A stretch of DNA of 64,000 nt from an uncultured bacterium (GTDB lineage: Bacteria; Patescibacteriota; Minisyncoccia; Phycocordibacterales; GWA1-40-21), in the NCBI GenBank assembly GCA_963716205.1, contig OY970290.1, positions 584,823 to 648,822 on the forward strand, read 5' to 3'. The position numbers and the translations under genes are program-made. How positions within the stretch are numbered: the first letter of the stretch is position 1; every line of letters starts with the position of its first letter. The notes under the pieces are model-generated. The model searched no databases, was not told the origin of the DNA, and worked only from the letters and a program-made list of their open reading frames with translations. Of the stretch, positions 42,200-51,874 are shown piece by piece.

Positions 42200-42874
42200 T
42201 TACAGTTGCGGAACCACGACCCGAGGCCTGTACCCGGCATCCCAGACGTAGTCGTAAGACAAACGAAAGACGTGCACGTAGAGCCCATCGGAGTACACGT
42301 CCACGTCCGCCACGAAATAATCCTTCCCAACTTTGAAGAGGAAGAAAGTTCCGTAACCATCGGTACGAAGCCACTTGGCGTGCTTCTTGCAGAACTGCTT
42401 GATCTGGGCCTGAGTCAGACACAGACGATCGAGGTTTTCTCCAAAACTTCCGAAGATCGCCTTGAAGTCGCCGTCCTGCGTCATCTCAAACACGTGGGTT
42501 TTCACCCGCTTGGTCGCTTCAGCCGGAACATCAAGACCCCAGTTTTTGAAGTCGGAGTCGATATAATCGGGGAAAACGTCCTTGGCGTTCGCGATAGTTT
42601 CCGTGCCGTCTGTCGGATCAAGAACGGTGTCCTTGCCGAGAGAAATGCACGTGAGATGGCTGGTTTTGAGCTCGATGGATTCGGCAAAGAATTTTTCCAT
42701 CGCATCCTCGATCGCCGAATTGAGCTTGCCATCCGCTTGAATCCGCTGAACAGCCGATCTGTCGAGGGCTTTCGAAAACTTGCTAACCGCCCTCTTTACC
42801 CCTCTTCGTCCGGCTTTCTCGCCCCGACTCACGAGATCCTTCATCTGCTCGGATGTAATCAATGACTTAGCCAT
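42200..42874 (-). CDS. DGR target (variable) protein
   Basis: C-terminus encoded by VR; AGGAGG SD; TTGACA-17-TACAAT promoter at ~43000-43028. Confidence 0.92.
   Translation of the reverse strand: MAKSLITSEQMKDLVSRGEKAGRRGVKRAVSKFSKALDRSAVQRIQADGKLNSAIEDAMEKFFAESIELKTSHLTCISLGKDTVLDPTDGTETIANAKDVFPDYIDSDFKNWGLDVPAEATKRVKTHVFEMTQDGDFKAIFGSFGENLDRLCLTQAQIKQFCKKHAKWLRTDGYGTFFLFKVGKDYFVADVDVYSDGLYVHVFRLSYDYVWDAGYRPRVVVPQL
42204..42319 (-). repeat. DGR variable repeat (VR)
   Basis: 17 mismatches to TR, 16 at TR adenines; reads YFVADVDVYSDGLYVHVFRLSYDYVWDAGYRPRVVVPQ. Confidence 0.95.
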
Positions 42875-43271
42875 TGTTATCATCCTCCTTTTCTGAATTT
42901 TACTTCGCGTGGTTTTCACCACAGCTTTGAATTGACCTGTTGGATCAGCTCAAAGCTGTAGTGAAATACAACTGTTTTTAAGGTTCTTATCTACTTACAA
43001 TTGTACACCTTTTTAATATATCTGTCAAGAATAGCTATACTCCCTTAGAAATAAGCTAGATTTGGCTATGATACTACATATTTTTTCAGATCCGGAATAT
43101 AAATATACCTATTCTCTTCCTGAAAAATCGTACGGACTGCCATCACGGTGTCCCACATTAAAAAATAAACTCATATTCATAAATATGAGTTTATTTTTTT
43201 AAAATCTTGACACCAATATAATATATGTGTTAGTATTCTAACAAGTTGCTCTTACAAAAAAGGAGAACCGC

Positions 43272-43505
43272 ATGTCTATTCACACAGGTCAGCTCATCAA
43301 GACAACTGAAACACTTGGGGATTTGAAAAATGCCCATGTTGCAGAAAAACATATTCGAGCTCGCACACCGAATTGTTTTGGAACCGTATTTTCTGAACGG
43401 CCAAAGGAAAGGCTTGTCTATGTTAAACATGTAAACAAGCCTGATCTCGCCGTGTATGAACGCGGTGAATTATCTTCAGCCGAACAATTTTTGCAGGTTT
43501 CTTAA
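43272..43505 (+). CDS. small orphan protein
   Basis: AGGAG SD, TTGACA promoter, terminator at ~43520-43555. Confidence 0.65.
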   Translation: MSIHTGQLIKTTETLGDLKNAHVAEKHIRARTPNCFGTVFSERPKERLVYVKHVNKPDLAVYERGELSSAEQFLQVS

Positions 43506-43674
43506 GAAATAAGCCCTGCAAAAAACCGCCCGACACAATGTCCGGCGGTTTTTTATTATATTTTTCATTACGTAAGGGAAAAATAAGAATATCCACAGCT
43601 ATTGACAATATTAATATAATGATATAAAATATAAATAAAGCTGTTCTTCGTAAATTTAAAAAACGAGGTGGAGT

Positions 43675-44388
43675 GTGAAAAACATTTTCATGCTGTTCCT
43701 GCTGACGTTTAGCGTTTTGTCCACCGGCTGCATTTATAGAGTGGTCTATGGACCAAGAGTCTATGACATTTATGGACAAGACACTCCTGCTGCCGCGAGA
43801 ATTCGTTTTTATCAGCAACATCCAGAATTTAAGGATGATGTGATAGATGATGGAATAACGGGCATTGTGCCGGGACCAAATGGCTGGATAATTAGTCATC
43901 ATAAAAAAGATGCTAGTCCTGCCGTTCCCCGTCCTCAAAGCTTAAAGCCTGCAGTTAAAGCTAGAGAATGGGTAAATGTTCCTGATGGATATTTTCAGCC
44001 GCCGCTCGATGGTCCAATTGAAATCAATTGGAAAAAAGGACTTCATGGCAAGGGAAACACCGGCTATGATTTGTTCGCCAAAAAAGGATCGCGTGTCAAA
44101 TCGTCGGCTGCCGGCAAAGTAATTGTTGCATCAACGGGATGGAATGATGGATCGGGATATTTGATCCGGATTTTACATCCGAATGGAACCATTACGGCTT
44201 ATTGCCACCTTTCCCAAATTGATGTTTGGAAAGGACAAGAAGTTTTCCAAGGACAAACCATAGGACTCTCTGGAAACAGCGGAAACGTAAGCAGTGATTG
44301 CGGTGGAGATGGATCTCACCTGCATTTTGCGGTTTACTATACGGAAAATCCAGCTCCAAAATGGGAGTCGCGTTACGCTTCTCGTTAA
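43675..44388 (+). CDS. M23 family peptidase, putative lipoprotein
   Basis: LSTGC lipobox; TAYCHLS, IGLSGNSG, HLHF; first Zn motif atypical (NTGYD). Confidence 0.85.
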   Translation: MKNIFMLFLLTFSVLSTGCIYRVVYGPRVYDIYGQDTPAAARIRFYQQHPEFKDDVIDDGITGIVPGPNGWIISHHKKDASPAVPRPQSLKPAVKAREWVNVPDGYFQPPLDGPIEINWKKGLHGKGNTGYDLFAKKGSRVKSSAAGKVIVASTGWNDGSGYLIRILHPNGTITAYCHLSQIDVWKGQEVFQGQTIGLSGNSGNVSSDCGGDGSHLHFAVYYTENPAPKWESRYASR

Positions 44389-44439
44389 TTGTGTTTAGGA
44401 AAAAGGGATCGTGATTCGTCACGGTCCCTCTTTTTATTT

Positions 44440-45060
44440 TTATATCTTTCCAACAAGATCAAGTCCGGGTGATAAAGTATCATCTCCTGGCTCCCAGCTT
44501 GCCGGACAAACTTTGCCGCCGTGTGTGGCAACAAACTGCGCAGCTTGGAGCTTTCTGAATAATTCTTTTGCAGATCTGCCGATGGAATTATCATTGATCT
44601 CCATCGATTTCAAAACTCCGTCCGGGTCGATGACAAATGTTCCTCGCAGAGAAACTCCCTCGGACGGAATATATGTGCCGAACATTTCCGACAGCTCATG
44701 CGTCGCATCGGAAAGCATCGGGAATTTTACTTTCTTGATAGCCGGAGATGTATCATGCCACGCTTTGTGCACTTCGACGGTATCGACGGAAACAGAAAGT
44801 ATTTCAGTATTTAATTTTTTAAATTTGTCATAATAATCCGCCATCTCTTCAAGCTCGGTCGGGCAGATGAATGTAAAATCTTTCGGATAGAAAAATACTA
44901 TTACCCATTTTCCGCTAAAATCGGAAAACTTGATATTTTTTTCTTTTCCTGCATGCAAAGCTTTCGCTTCAAAATCTGCAACTTTCTGGCCGACTTCCAC
45001 CAAAAAAGATTCTCCGCACATGTCGCATCCCCCACCGCACATTGTGTTATCTTTGCTCAT
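44440..45060 (-). CDS. ahpC: 2-Cys peroxiredoxin
   Basis: FYPKDFTFICPTE, VCPASW. Confidence 0.95.
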   Translation of the reverse strand: MSKDNTMCGGGCDMCGESFLVEVGQKVADFEAKALHAGKEKNIKFSDFSGKWVIVFFYPKDFTFICPTELEEMADYYDKFKKLNTEILSVSVDTVEVHKAWHDTSPAIKKVKFPMLSDATHELSEMFGTYIPSEGVSLRGTFVIDPDGVLKSMEINDNSIGRSAKELFRKLQAAQFVATHGGKVCPASWEPGDDTLSPGLDLVGKI

Positions 45061-45136
45061 AAATTTTTATATTGTATTAATTAGTAATATAAAAAGTATA
45101 TCAAATATGCTAGAATTGTTGAAATCGCCAGATTTT

Positions 45137-45772
45137 ATGAATTTAAAATACAAACTTATCCTTCTTACACTTCTCGTTATCGTTTTTTGTGCGATTCTTT
45201 TTGGCATAACGGCACATAATCAGCTTGTAATGAATTTTGACGCCGAAACCGCGCAATTATTTTCCACATTTCATTCTTCTTTTCTCGATAATTTCGCCCT
45301 TGCCATTACTCAAGTCGGCAATACGTATCCAACAGCGATTATTTTTTTGATTCTCGGGCTTTTCCTGATTATAAAAAAGAAAAAATATTCGTTTTATATT
45401 TTTTCGATAGCGACCGGACTCGGCATCACGCTCGTCGAAGCGATGAAAGTCAGTATTGAGCGCATCCGCCCGCCGATGCATCTTTTGATTGAAACCGGAT
45501 ACAGCTTTCCGAGCGGCCACTCGACCATTTCCACGATTTATTTGCTTTCGGCGATTATTCTCATCGCTCCGCTTCTTGCAAACCGCTTTTCAAAAATCGT
45601 TTGGATAACGCTTTGCTCGATTATTTTTCCGCTTGTCGCGCTTTCACGGATTTATCTTTCTGTTCATTTTGCTTCTGATGTCGCAGCCGGCATCATTCTC
45701 GGCGCAGCATGCTTCCTTTTTGCCAACACCGTCACATTCCACCATCATTCCTACAAAAAAGAAGCCGAGTGA
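45137..45772 (+). CDS. PAP2-family phosphatase
   Basis: K..IERIRP, SFPSGHS, SRIYLSVHFASDV. Confidence 0.92.
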   Translation: MNLKYKLILLTLLVIVFCAILFGITAHNQLVMNFDAETAQLFSTFHSSFLDNFALAITQVGNTYPTAIIFLILGLFLIIKKKKYSFYIFSIATGLGITLVEAMKVSIERIRPPMHLLIETGYSFPSGHSTISTIYLLSAIILIAPLLANRFSKIVWITLCSIIFPLVALSRIYLSVHFASDVAAGIILGAACFLFANTVTFHHHSYKKEAE

Positions 45773-45875
45773 CATCGTTGCCAGAAAAAATAAAATATGC
45801 TATAAATAGCTTCTAACGCAGTCTATTGGGGGTTGTGAAAAATGCACGCTTTCAATACGTTATTTTTAAAAAACT

Positions 45876-46397
45876 TTGAGCATAAAAGTAAGAATCAATC
45901 ATCAGATACGGGTCCCGGAAGTCCGCGTCATTACCGACGACGGAGACAATCTTGGAGTCATGTCTGTGGGAGACGCTTTGAAAAAGGCCGAGGAAATGGG
46001 TTTGGACCTGATAGAAATATCGCCGAATGCCGTTCCTCCGGTTGCAAAAATAACTGACTACGGTAGATTTCAGTACGCTGAAAATAAAAAACTCAAGGAT
46101 TCAAAGGCAAAATCGCAGAGTATTGAAATAAAAAGTATTCAGGTCAAGATCGCAACTGACGAGCACGACCTCGCCATGAAGGCGGCAAAAGCGTCAGAGT
46201 GGCTTCGGGAAGGACATCGCGTGCGACTCAATTTATTTCTCTCGGGACGGGCGAAATATCTTGAAAAGAATTTCTTGCAGGAAAGAATGGAAAGGATTTT
46301 GAAGATGATTACGGAAGAATTCAAAATCTCCGAAGCTCCGCAGAAAAGTCCGAAAGGATTGACCATGCTGATAGAGAAAGCGACAAAAAAAGTTTAA
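45876..46397 (+). CDS. infC: translation initiation factor IF-3 (non-ATG start)
   Basis: RINHQIRVPEVRVI, LDLIEISPNAVPPVAKITDYG. Confidence 0.95.
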   Translation: MSIKVRINHQIRVPEVRVITDDGDNLGVMSVGDALKKAEEMGLDLIEISPNAVPPVAKITDYGRFQYAENKKLKDSKAKSQSIEIKSIQVKIATDEHDLAMKAAKASEWLREGHRVRLNLFLSGRAKYLEKNFLQERMERILKMITEEFKISEAPQKSPKGLTMLIEKATKKV

Positions 46398-46406
46398 ATA
46401 AAAAAT

Positions 46407-46598
46407 ATGAAAACAAATAAATCATTTACCAAAAGATTAAAAGTGACGAAGAATGGCAAGATTCTCGGAAGACGCGCCGGGCAGAATCATTTCAATGCAA
46501 AAGAAAGCCGCAACACGCAGCTGAAGAAAAAGAAATTCATGGCAATGCACTTCACATCGAGAAACAAAGCGAGATTTTTGCCGGGAAGATTCAAATAA
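46407..46598 (+). CDS. rpmI: 50S ribosomal protein L35
   Basis: MKTNKSFTKRLKVTKNGK; between infC and rplT. Confidence 0.93.
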   Translation: MKTNKSFTKRLKVTKNGKILGRRAGQNHFNAKESRNTQLKKKKFMAMHFTSRNKARFLPGRFK

Positions 46599-46622
46599 AT
46601 TTAAAAATAATAATACACAATC

Positions 46623-46967
46623 ATGACGAGAGTAAAGCGAGGAACGATGAAGAATAAGACGAGAAAGGGCATCTTGGCGATGACCAAGGGTTATCGTCTG
46701 AACCGAAGAAACAAAGAAGCATCCGCGATCGATGCGATCATGCATGCCGGAGCAAGCGCATTTGATCATCGAAGAGACAAGAAAGGAGATTTCCGAAGAT
46801 TGTGGAACGTTCGCATTAATGCGGCATTGCGGGAAAATGGAACGACATACAGCAAATTCATCGGCACTTTGAAAAAGAAAAATATAGAAGTCGACAGAAA
46901 AATCCTTTCCACATTGGCAAATGAAAATCCGGAGACATTCAAAAGAATTGTAGCTCAAGTAAAATAA
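46623..46967 (+). CDS. rplT: 50S ribosomal protein L20
   Basis: MTRVKRG, FRRLWNVRINAA, YSKFI, DRKILS. Confidence 0.97.
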   Translation: MTRVKRGTMKNKTRKGILAMTKGYRLNRRNKEASAIDAIMHAGASAFDHRRDKKGDFRRLWNVRINAALRENGTTYSKFIGTLKKKNIEVDRKILSTLANENPETFKRIVAQVK

Positions 46968-47040
46968 ATCAGATAAAAAATCAAAAGAAAAAAGGCGAAC
47001 CGCAAGCGGTTCGCCTTTTTGAAAAAACTTTGAAACAAAA

Positions 47041-47664
47041 TTAAACTGTGGCAACCTGCGGAGTGGGGAAAAATCGTTTATACAGCTTGTCGATCAAGCT
47101 CTTAGTGTCGTAATACACACCGTTGACATGGAGGTTTTCCGGCGACAAATCCGGTAAAATAAGCTTTTCTAACATCTTGCCTGACTTGTAAACGTAATGT
47201 ACTCCGCCATCTGTGGTGCCCACTTGAGAAGCGGAAAAACTTTCCACATCTCTTCCGTTTATGTGCACATGCTGGACAGAACAACCGTGCGTTTCTGCCT
47301 GAAAACCATTGTGAGCTAATTGTTCATTCAAACACTGCGGGCATGCACGGTAAAGAACAGAAAATGAAATATTTACGGAAGAATACCCGCTTTCAATTTG
47401 TTCTCTGCCTTCTGTCAAAACGAGGGTCATTTCCTGTTCGGGAAAAACTTTCATACAGAGCGTGCACCAGTTGAGGTGCTCTTCTTGCAACTTCGTCTTC
47501 ACAAGAAGCGCGCGAAAATCAAAATATTTCTTTTTGCTTTCGCGCGAGCCTATCTCCATGGAATCACGTTTTGATGTAAGTTCTTCCAGGGTTTCTGCAT
47601 CCTGATCCATCCGATTTTCCAACGATTTAAGCTCAATCACCATCAAATCAATTTCAGAGGACAT
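47041..47664 (-). CDS. orphan protein with coiled coil and CxxC...CxxC zinc-ribbon
   Basis: WCTLC, ACPQC; AAGGAG SD; TTGACA-17-TATTAT promoter. Confidence 0.65.
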   Translation of the reverse strand: MSSEIDLMVIELKSLENRMDQDAETLEELTSKRDSMEIGSRESKKKYFDFRALLVKTKLQEEHLNWCTLCMKVFPEQEMTLVLTEGREQIESGYSSVNISFSVLYRACPQCLNEQLAHNGFQAETHGCSVQHVHINGRDVESFSASQVGTTDGGVHYVYKSGKMLEKLILPDLSPENLHVNGVYYDTKSLIDKLYKRFFPTPQVATV

Positions 47665-47742
47665 TAGAAAACTCCTTTTGTTTTTTGTTTCAATTTAAAA
47701 GAACCGCCTTTGATTTGATAATAAAGGAAAAATTTGACTTTG

Positions 47743-49116
47743 TCAATCAAGCTCCACACTCTCTCCATATTCCGGATATTCGGCTTTCACATCAAGCTCA
47801 TCACGCAGGCGCTGGACCAAAAATAATGAGGATTTCGGCTCGCCCATGACCGTAAAAACTTTCTTCAAATCCCCGCCTTTTGCCGCATCTTCGACAAATG
47901 AGACGAGGTGGTCAGAATCTTTGTGCGAAGAATATCCTTCAATCTTTGCAATTTTTGCCTTCACAATAATTTCTTCATTATCTATTTTGACCATTTTGGC
48001 TCCGTCTTCAAGCTGTCTGCCCAAAGTTCCCGTCGCTTGGTATCCGACAAGCAGTATCGTGGCGCTCGCATCTCCCGCATGATCTTTTTCATGCTGGACA
48101 ATTCTTCCGCCGTTTGACATTCCGCTTCCCGCCATAATGATTTTCGGATTCGGCGTCTCATCTATTTTTTTCGATTCCCACACCATCGGCGTATCTTTTA
48201 ATTTGGGAAATTTGAATACGTCATCTCCCGTTTTTATTTCGTCGCGTACTTTTTGATTCAAATAGCTTTTGTATTTTTCATAGATGCCCGTCACCTTGAT
48301 AGCAAGCGGCGAATCGAGAAATACCGGAATTTGTTTGACTTCTTCATTCATGAAAAATTCATTCATTTCGTAGAGCATCATCTGGGTGCGCTCGACGGAA
48401 AACGATGGGATGATCAGAAGTTTTTTGTTTGCAATCGTATCGGAAATTACATCTTTCAATTCTTTTCGTCTTTGATCTTTTGGCTCGTGATTGCGGTCGC
48501 CATACACGCTTTCCATAATAATATAATTTGCATCCGTAATTTGTTCCGTGTCATTCAAAAGAAGCGATGGAGAATTACCGAGATCTCCGGTAAAGACCGC
48601 TTTTATTTTCCCATCGCTGACTTCCACCATTGATGCGCCGAGAATATGTCCGGCATCGCGCAAATAAATGGAAACTCCGGCATCAAGAGCAAAATGTTCG
48701 TGATACGGCAATGTATTCCACAGCGTCATAGCCATTTCCAAATCTTTTTTCTCAAAAAGTGAAAGTGTGCCGTCTTTTCTCGCCTCGCTTTCCAAAATTC
48801 CGAGCGTATCTTCCAAAAGAAGCTCTGCGATTTCTTTTGTCGGCGGAGTGCTGAAAATTTTTCCGCGGAAACCCTCCTTCACAATCTTCGGTATCCTGCC
48901 GATATGATCAATATGTGCATGCGTGATGATGAGAAAATCTATTTCGCTCGGCTGATAAGGAAACGGCGCCTGATTAAATCTGTGGGCGACATCCGTTCCC
49001 TGCATCATGCCGCAATCAATGAGAAGTTTGATATTTTTCCCGCTTGCATCCGTATGCTCCACCAGAAAATTCGCCCCCGTCACCGAACCCGTTCCGCCGT
49101 AAAAAGTTACTTTCAT
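47743..49116 (-). CDS. MBL-fold beta-CASP ribonuclease
   Basis: THAHIDHIG, AGHILG, FTGDLG, MESVYG, YSSH. Confidence 0.92.
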   Translation of the reverse strand: MKVTFYGGTGSVTGANFLVEHTDASGKNIKLLIDCGMMQGTDVAHRFNQAPFPYQPSEIDFLIITHAHIDHIGRIPKIVKEGFRGKIFSTPPTKEIAELLLEDTLGILESEARKDGTLSLFEKKDLEMAMTLWNTLPYHEHFALDAGVSIYLRDAGHILGASMVEVSDGKIKAVFTGDLGNSPSLLLNDTEQITDANYIIMESVYGDRNHEPKDQRRKELKDVISDTIANKKLLIIPSFSVERTQMMLYEMNEFFMNEEVKQIPVFLDSPLAIKVTGIYEKYKSYLNQKVRDEIKTGDDVFKFPKLKDTPMVWESKKIDETPNPKIIMAGSGMSNGGRIVQHEKDHAGDASATILLVGYQATGTLGRQLEDGAKMVKIDNEEIIVKAKIAKIEGYSSHKDSDHLVSFVEDAAKGGDLKKVFTVMGEPKSSLFLVQRLRDELDVKAEYPEYGESVELD

Positions 49117-49216
49117 GTGTTTTGTTGTTTTTAAATTGCTTTTTCATTATAGCACTTACCAATCGTTCTCGAAACAAAAAGAAAAACCATCTGTCGCGCA
49201 GATGGATTTTTCTATA

Positions 49217-49342
49217 AGGATTACCAGATAAGCATTACCCTAGATAATACTAGGTGGGTGCCCTCGATGATGCGCCAAGACGTATCAAAAGTTAAGCTCC
49301 CTGAAAATTAATTTACGAGGATAATGCTTTACTCGTAATCCT
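49217..49342 (-). ncRNA. ssrS: 6S RNA (compact, ~126 nt)
   Basis: Closing stems AGGATTAC/GTAATCCT and AAGCATTATCCT/AGGGTAATGCTT, central bubble, GGGAGCTTAAC...GAGGGCACCCACCT motifs; TTGACA/TATAAT upstream; terminator at ~49180-49210. Confidence 0.8.
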
Positions 49343-49476
49343 AACTTCAATTATACTCCGACTGTGCCGATGTCAACAAAAAACATAAAAAGAAAATCAT
49401 TTTGACGACTCTGTAAATACGAAAGCCGATTTGCCTAGGCAAATCGGCTTTCTTTTCGGACAGAAAAAATAAAATA

Positions 49477-50148
49477 TTATTTTATGTCCCCTTTTATCTT
49501 CTCAATATACTCTGCGGCCGCATTTTGTCCTCCCAGACCGAATGCAAGACCCAAAGCGAGTGATATCGCGATGATAATGCCGGTGAAAAGCGTATTGATG
49601 AAAGAAACTGCGATACCGAGCTGCATGATAGCCGCAAGGATTGCAAATATCCAGATAGCCCACTTTGAAAGCTTACCCGCAAAGTTTGCTGATGTGATAT
49701 TTGCCGCTTTTGCCGTGCCAGCAACTAATTTCTGAACTGCTTCAGCAACAATTGCCGCAACGAGAATGATAAGCACCGCTACGATAACTTGAGGCAAATA
49801 ACCAAGGACAACATCCTTGAGGAATGCTGTGACCTGGGTCAAGCCGAGAACTCCGAGCGCCGCTACCAAAAATACGATGATAATGAACCATTCCACCAAT
49901 TTACCGAGAAAATATCCGGTATTGAGCTTGAATCCGGCTTTTTCAACATATTTCTCCATTCCAGCGGCCTTCAAAGCGCTGTCTATTCTCGCAAGTTTGA
50001 CCAATTCAAAGATAAATTTGAAAAAGATCGCACCGACGATCCATCCAACAATAGCGATAATAACAGCAACCAAGAATGTTGGGATAAAAGCGATAACGCC
50101 TGACCACATATTCTGCAGGGAAGCTGACAAAGCATCTGTAAAAATCAT
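49477..50148 (-). CDS. MscS/CmpX-type TM-helix repeat membrane protein
   Basis: Repeated F/YLP..LVAVIILLV units; GLAFGLGG. Confidence 0.8.
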   Translation of the reverse strand: MIFTDALSASLQNMWSGVIAFIPTFLVAVIIAIVGWIVGAIFFKFIFELVKLARIDSALKAAGMEKYVEKAGFKLNTGYFLGKLVEWFIIIVFLVAALGVLGLTQVTAFLKDVVLGYLPQVIVAVLIILVAAIVAEAVQKLVAGTAKAANITSANFAGKLSKWAIWIFAILAAIMQLGIAVSFINTLFTGIIIAISLALGLAFGLGGQNAAAEYIEKIKGDIK

Positions 50149-50238
50149 AAATTCTTATTAAATAATTATTAAACCTTAATAAATGTCATATCGTTTTAGA
50201 TATGAACGACCTGTTTCTATGAGGGATATTATACCATT

Positions 50239-50853
50239 TTAAAATAGCTTATCCAAAAGCACTTGGTGTGGATAATCCAAAACATCTTTGACAAGCTTGT
50301 CGAACATCCGGATGCGGTAATTGAAATCCGCGGTTTCAAAATACGCATAGAGAAGCTCGGTGCCAAGCTCGGCTTCGATGGATTTTATGATGTTGGTCAA
50401 AACCTGCTTTTTGATATTGTCGCCGACGACAAGCAAGTCGAGTCGACTATCCTTATTTTGTGTGAAAACGCCGGCAATAATGATTAATTTGAGTTTTCCG
50501 GATTTTGAAAGCCGTTTTACTATTTCGCCGGCATCAAGAGTTTTAGTATTGATGAGCAACTGCTTGAGTGCCGTGATATAGGGGAAATTTTCGTTTAAAC
50601 AATACCCGTGGGATTTTATTTTTACCTCGACTATTTTCCTGCCCTTTTTCTTTTTGGCAACTTTATAGAAAATTCCTTTTTTCAAAAAATGAATTTTTTC
50701 CAAAATGGCGAATTCTTTCTTCACATTTTTCTTTTCGATTTTTGATTTGCCGGAAACCAAATCAATATCGAAAAATTCTTCCGGATTGAAGATAAAAAGA
50801 CGGAGGATTTTCACCCGCGCTTCGCTGCCGAATAATTTGCTGAGAATTTCCAT
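50239..50853 (-). CDS. wHTH plus nucleotidyltransferase-like protein
   Basis: LFGSEARVKILRLF N-terminus; RLDLLVVGD. Confidence 0.65.
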   Translation of the reverse strand: MEILSKLFGSEARVKILRLFIFNPEEFFDIDLVSGKSKIEKKNVKKEFAILEKIHFLKKGIFYKVAKKKKGRKIVEVKIKSHGYCLNENFPYITALKQLLINTKTLDAGEIVKRLSKSGKLKLIIIAGVFTQNKDSRLDLLVVGDNIKKQVLTNIIKSIEAELGTELLYAYFETADFNYRIRMFDKLVKDVLDYPHQVLLDKLF

Positions 50854-50935
50854 AGGTTGGTATTATAGCGCAAATTAATCATAAGAAAAGGGCGTTTTCG
50901 CTTCGCGAAAACGCCCTTTTCTAGCACGTAAGGTA

Positions 50936-51322
50936 TTATTTCAATGAAATTTTTCCTCCTGCTGCCTCAACATCTTTCTTGAGTTTCTCGGCATCTTCCT
51001 TTTTCATATCTTCTTTTAAGACCGAAGGAGCTGCATCAACGAGATCCTTGGCTTCTTTTAAACCAAGTCCGAGGACTTCCTTGATCGCTTTGATGACGGC
51101 GATCTTCTGCGCGCCGGCATCTGTCAATTCAACTTTGAATGACGTTTTCTCTTCTGTTGGAGCTGCGGCAGCTGCAGGACCGGCGACGGCGACTGCTGCG
51201 GCTGAAACACCGAACTTCTCTTCGAGCACTTTGACGAGCTCGTGGAGATCAATAACTGACATTTTTTCTATTTCTGCAACGATTTTTTCAAATTTTGCAG
51301 GAACTGCTTTTTTCTCTTCCAT
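50936..51322 (-). CDS. rplL: 50S ribosomal protein L7/L12
   Basis: [29 protein letters not shown]. Confidence 0.98.
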   Translation of the reverse strand: MEEKKAVPAKFEKIVAEIEKMSVIDLHELVKVLEEKFGVSAAAVAVAGPAAAAAPTEEKTSFKVELTDAGAQKIAVIKAIKEVLGLGLKEAKDLVDAAPSVLKEDMKKEDAEKLKKDVEAAGGKISLK

Positions 51323-51352
51323 AATTTTGATTAAATATTAATGAATAATAAT

Positions 51353-51844
51353 TTACACTGTTTTCGTTTTTGCAATCGCATCAAGTGCGACAACAAACTG
51401 CTGGATCGGCGAATTGATGAGATTGACGAACTGCGCGTACAGAGTTTTCTGTGATGGGATGGCTGCGATTGCAGTCATTTCCTCCACCGTCATATACTTT
51501 CCTTCAAAGATACCGCCGACAATTTTGACATTGCCATTGTACTTTTTCTGGAATGCATAGAACTCTCTCGCTGGTGTGGTCAGATCATCACCGTAAACGA
51601 TGGCAAGCTCTCCGACGAATTCCGGCATGGTGCCAGTAATTTTTGCATCATTGAGTGCGATCTTTGCCAATGTCTTTCTCGTGACCAAATATCCAACACC
51701 TTCCTTTCGGAGTGCGCGTCGCATTGCCTGATCATCGGCTACATTGAGCTGGTGAAAGTTTGCAAAGACGACTGACTTGGCGCCTTTGAGTGCTTTCGCA
51801 ATCTCAGCGACCAATTCCTGTTTCTTTTCTTTTGTAATGGGCAT
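51353..51844 (-). CDS. rplJ: 50S ribosomal protein L10
   Basis: KKQELVAEI, RKTLAKIAL, GGIFEG; upstream of rplL. Confidence 0.96.
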   Translation of the reverse strand: MPITKEKKQELVAEIAKALKGAKSVVFANFHQLNVADDQAMRRALRKEGVGYLVTRKTLAKIALNDAKITGTMPEFVGELAIVYGDDLTTPAREFYAFQKKYNGNVKIVGGIFEGKYMTVEEMTAIAAIPSQKTLYAQFVNLINSPIQQFVVALDAIAKTKTV

Positions 51845-51874
51845 GAACTACTTTTTTGTTTATAAAATAAAATC

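Larger units (their letters stand above)
32019..43030. mobile_element. eroded genomic island at the tmRNA 3' end (right boundary uncertain)
   Basis: Recombinase remnant abutting ssrA, gene fragments, R-M pair, NTPase remnant, DGR; no duplicated att found by eye. Confidence 0.7.

Noticed and set aside
42161-42865. 234-aa plus-strand ORF, and similar 41674-41907
   Set aside because: Antisense shadows of the DGR target and TR; their mutual similarity just reflects the TR/VR repeat
40630-43200. Duplicated tmRNA 3' end (attR) marking the island's right border
   Set aside because: No copy of GGTTCGATTCCGCCCATCTCCA found by eye, so the boundary is left uncertain
45800-45875. L20 leader upstream of infC
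   Set aside because: The position fits but the conserved structure could not be identified
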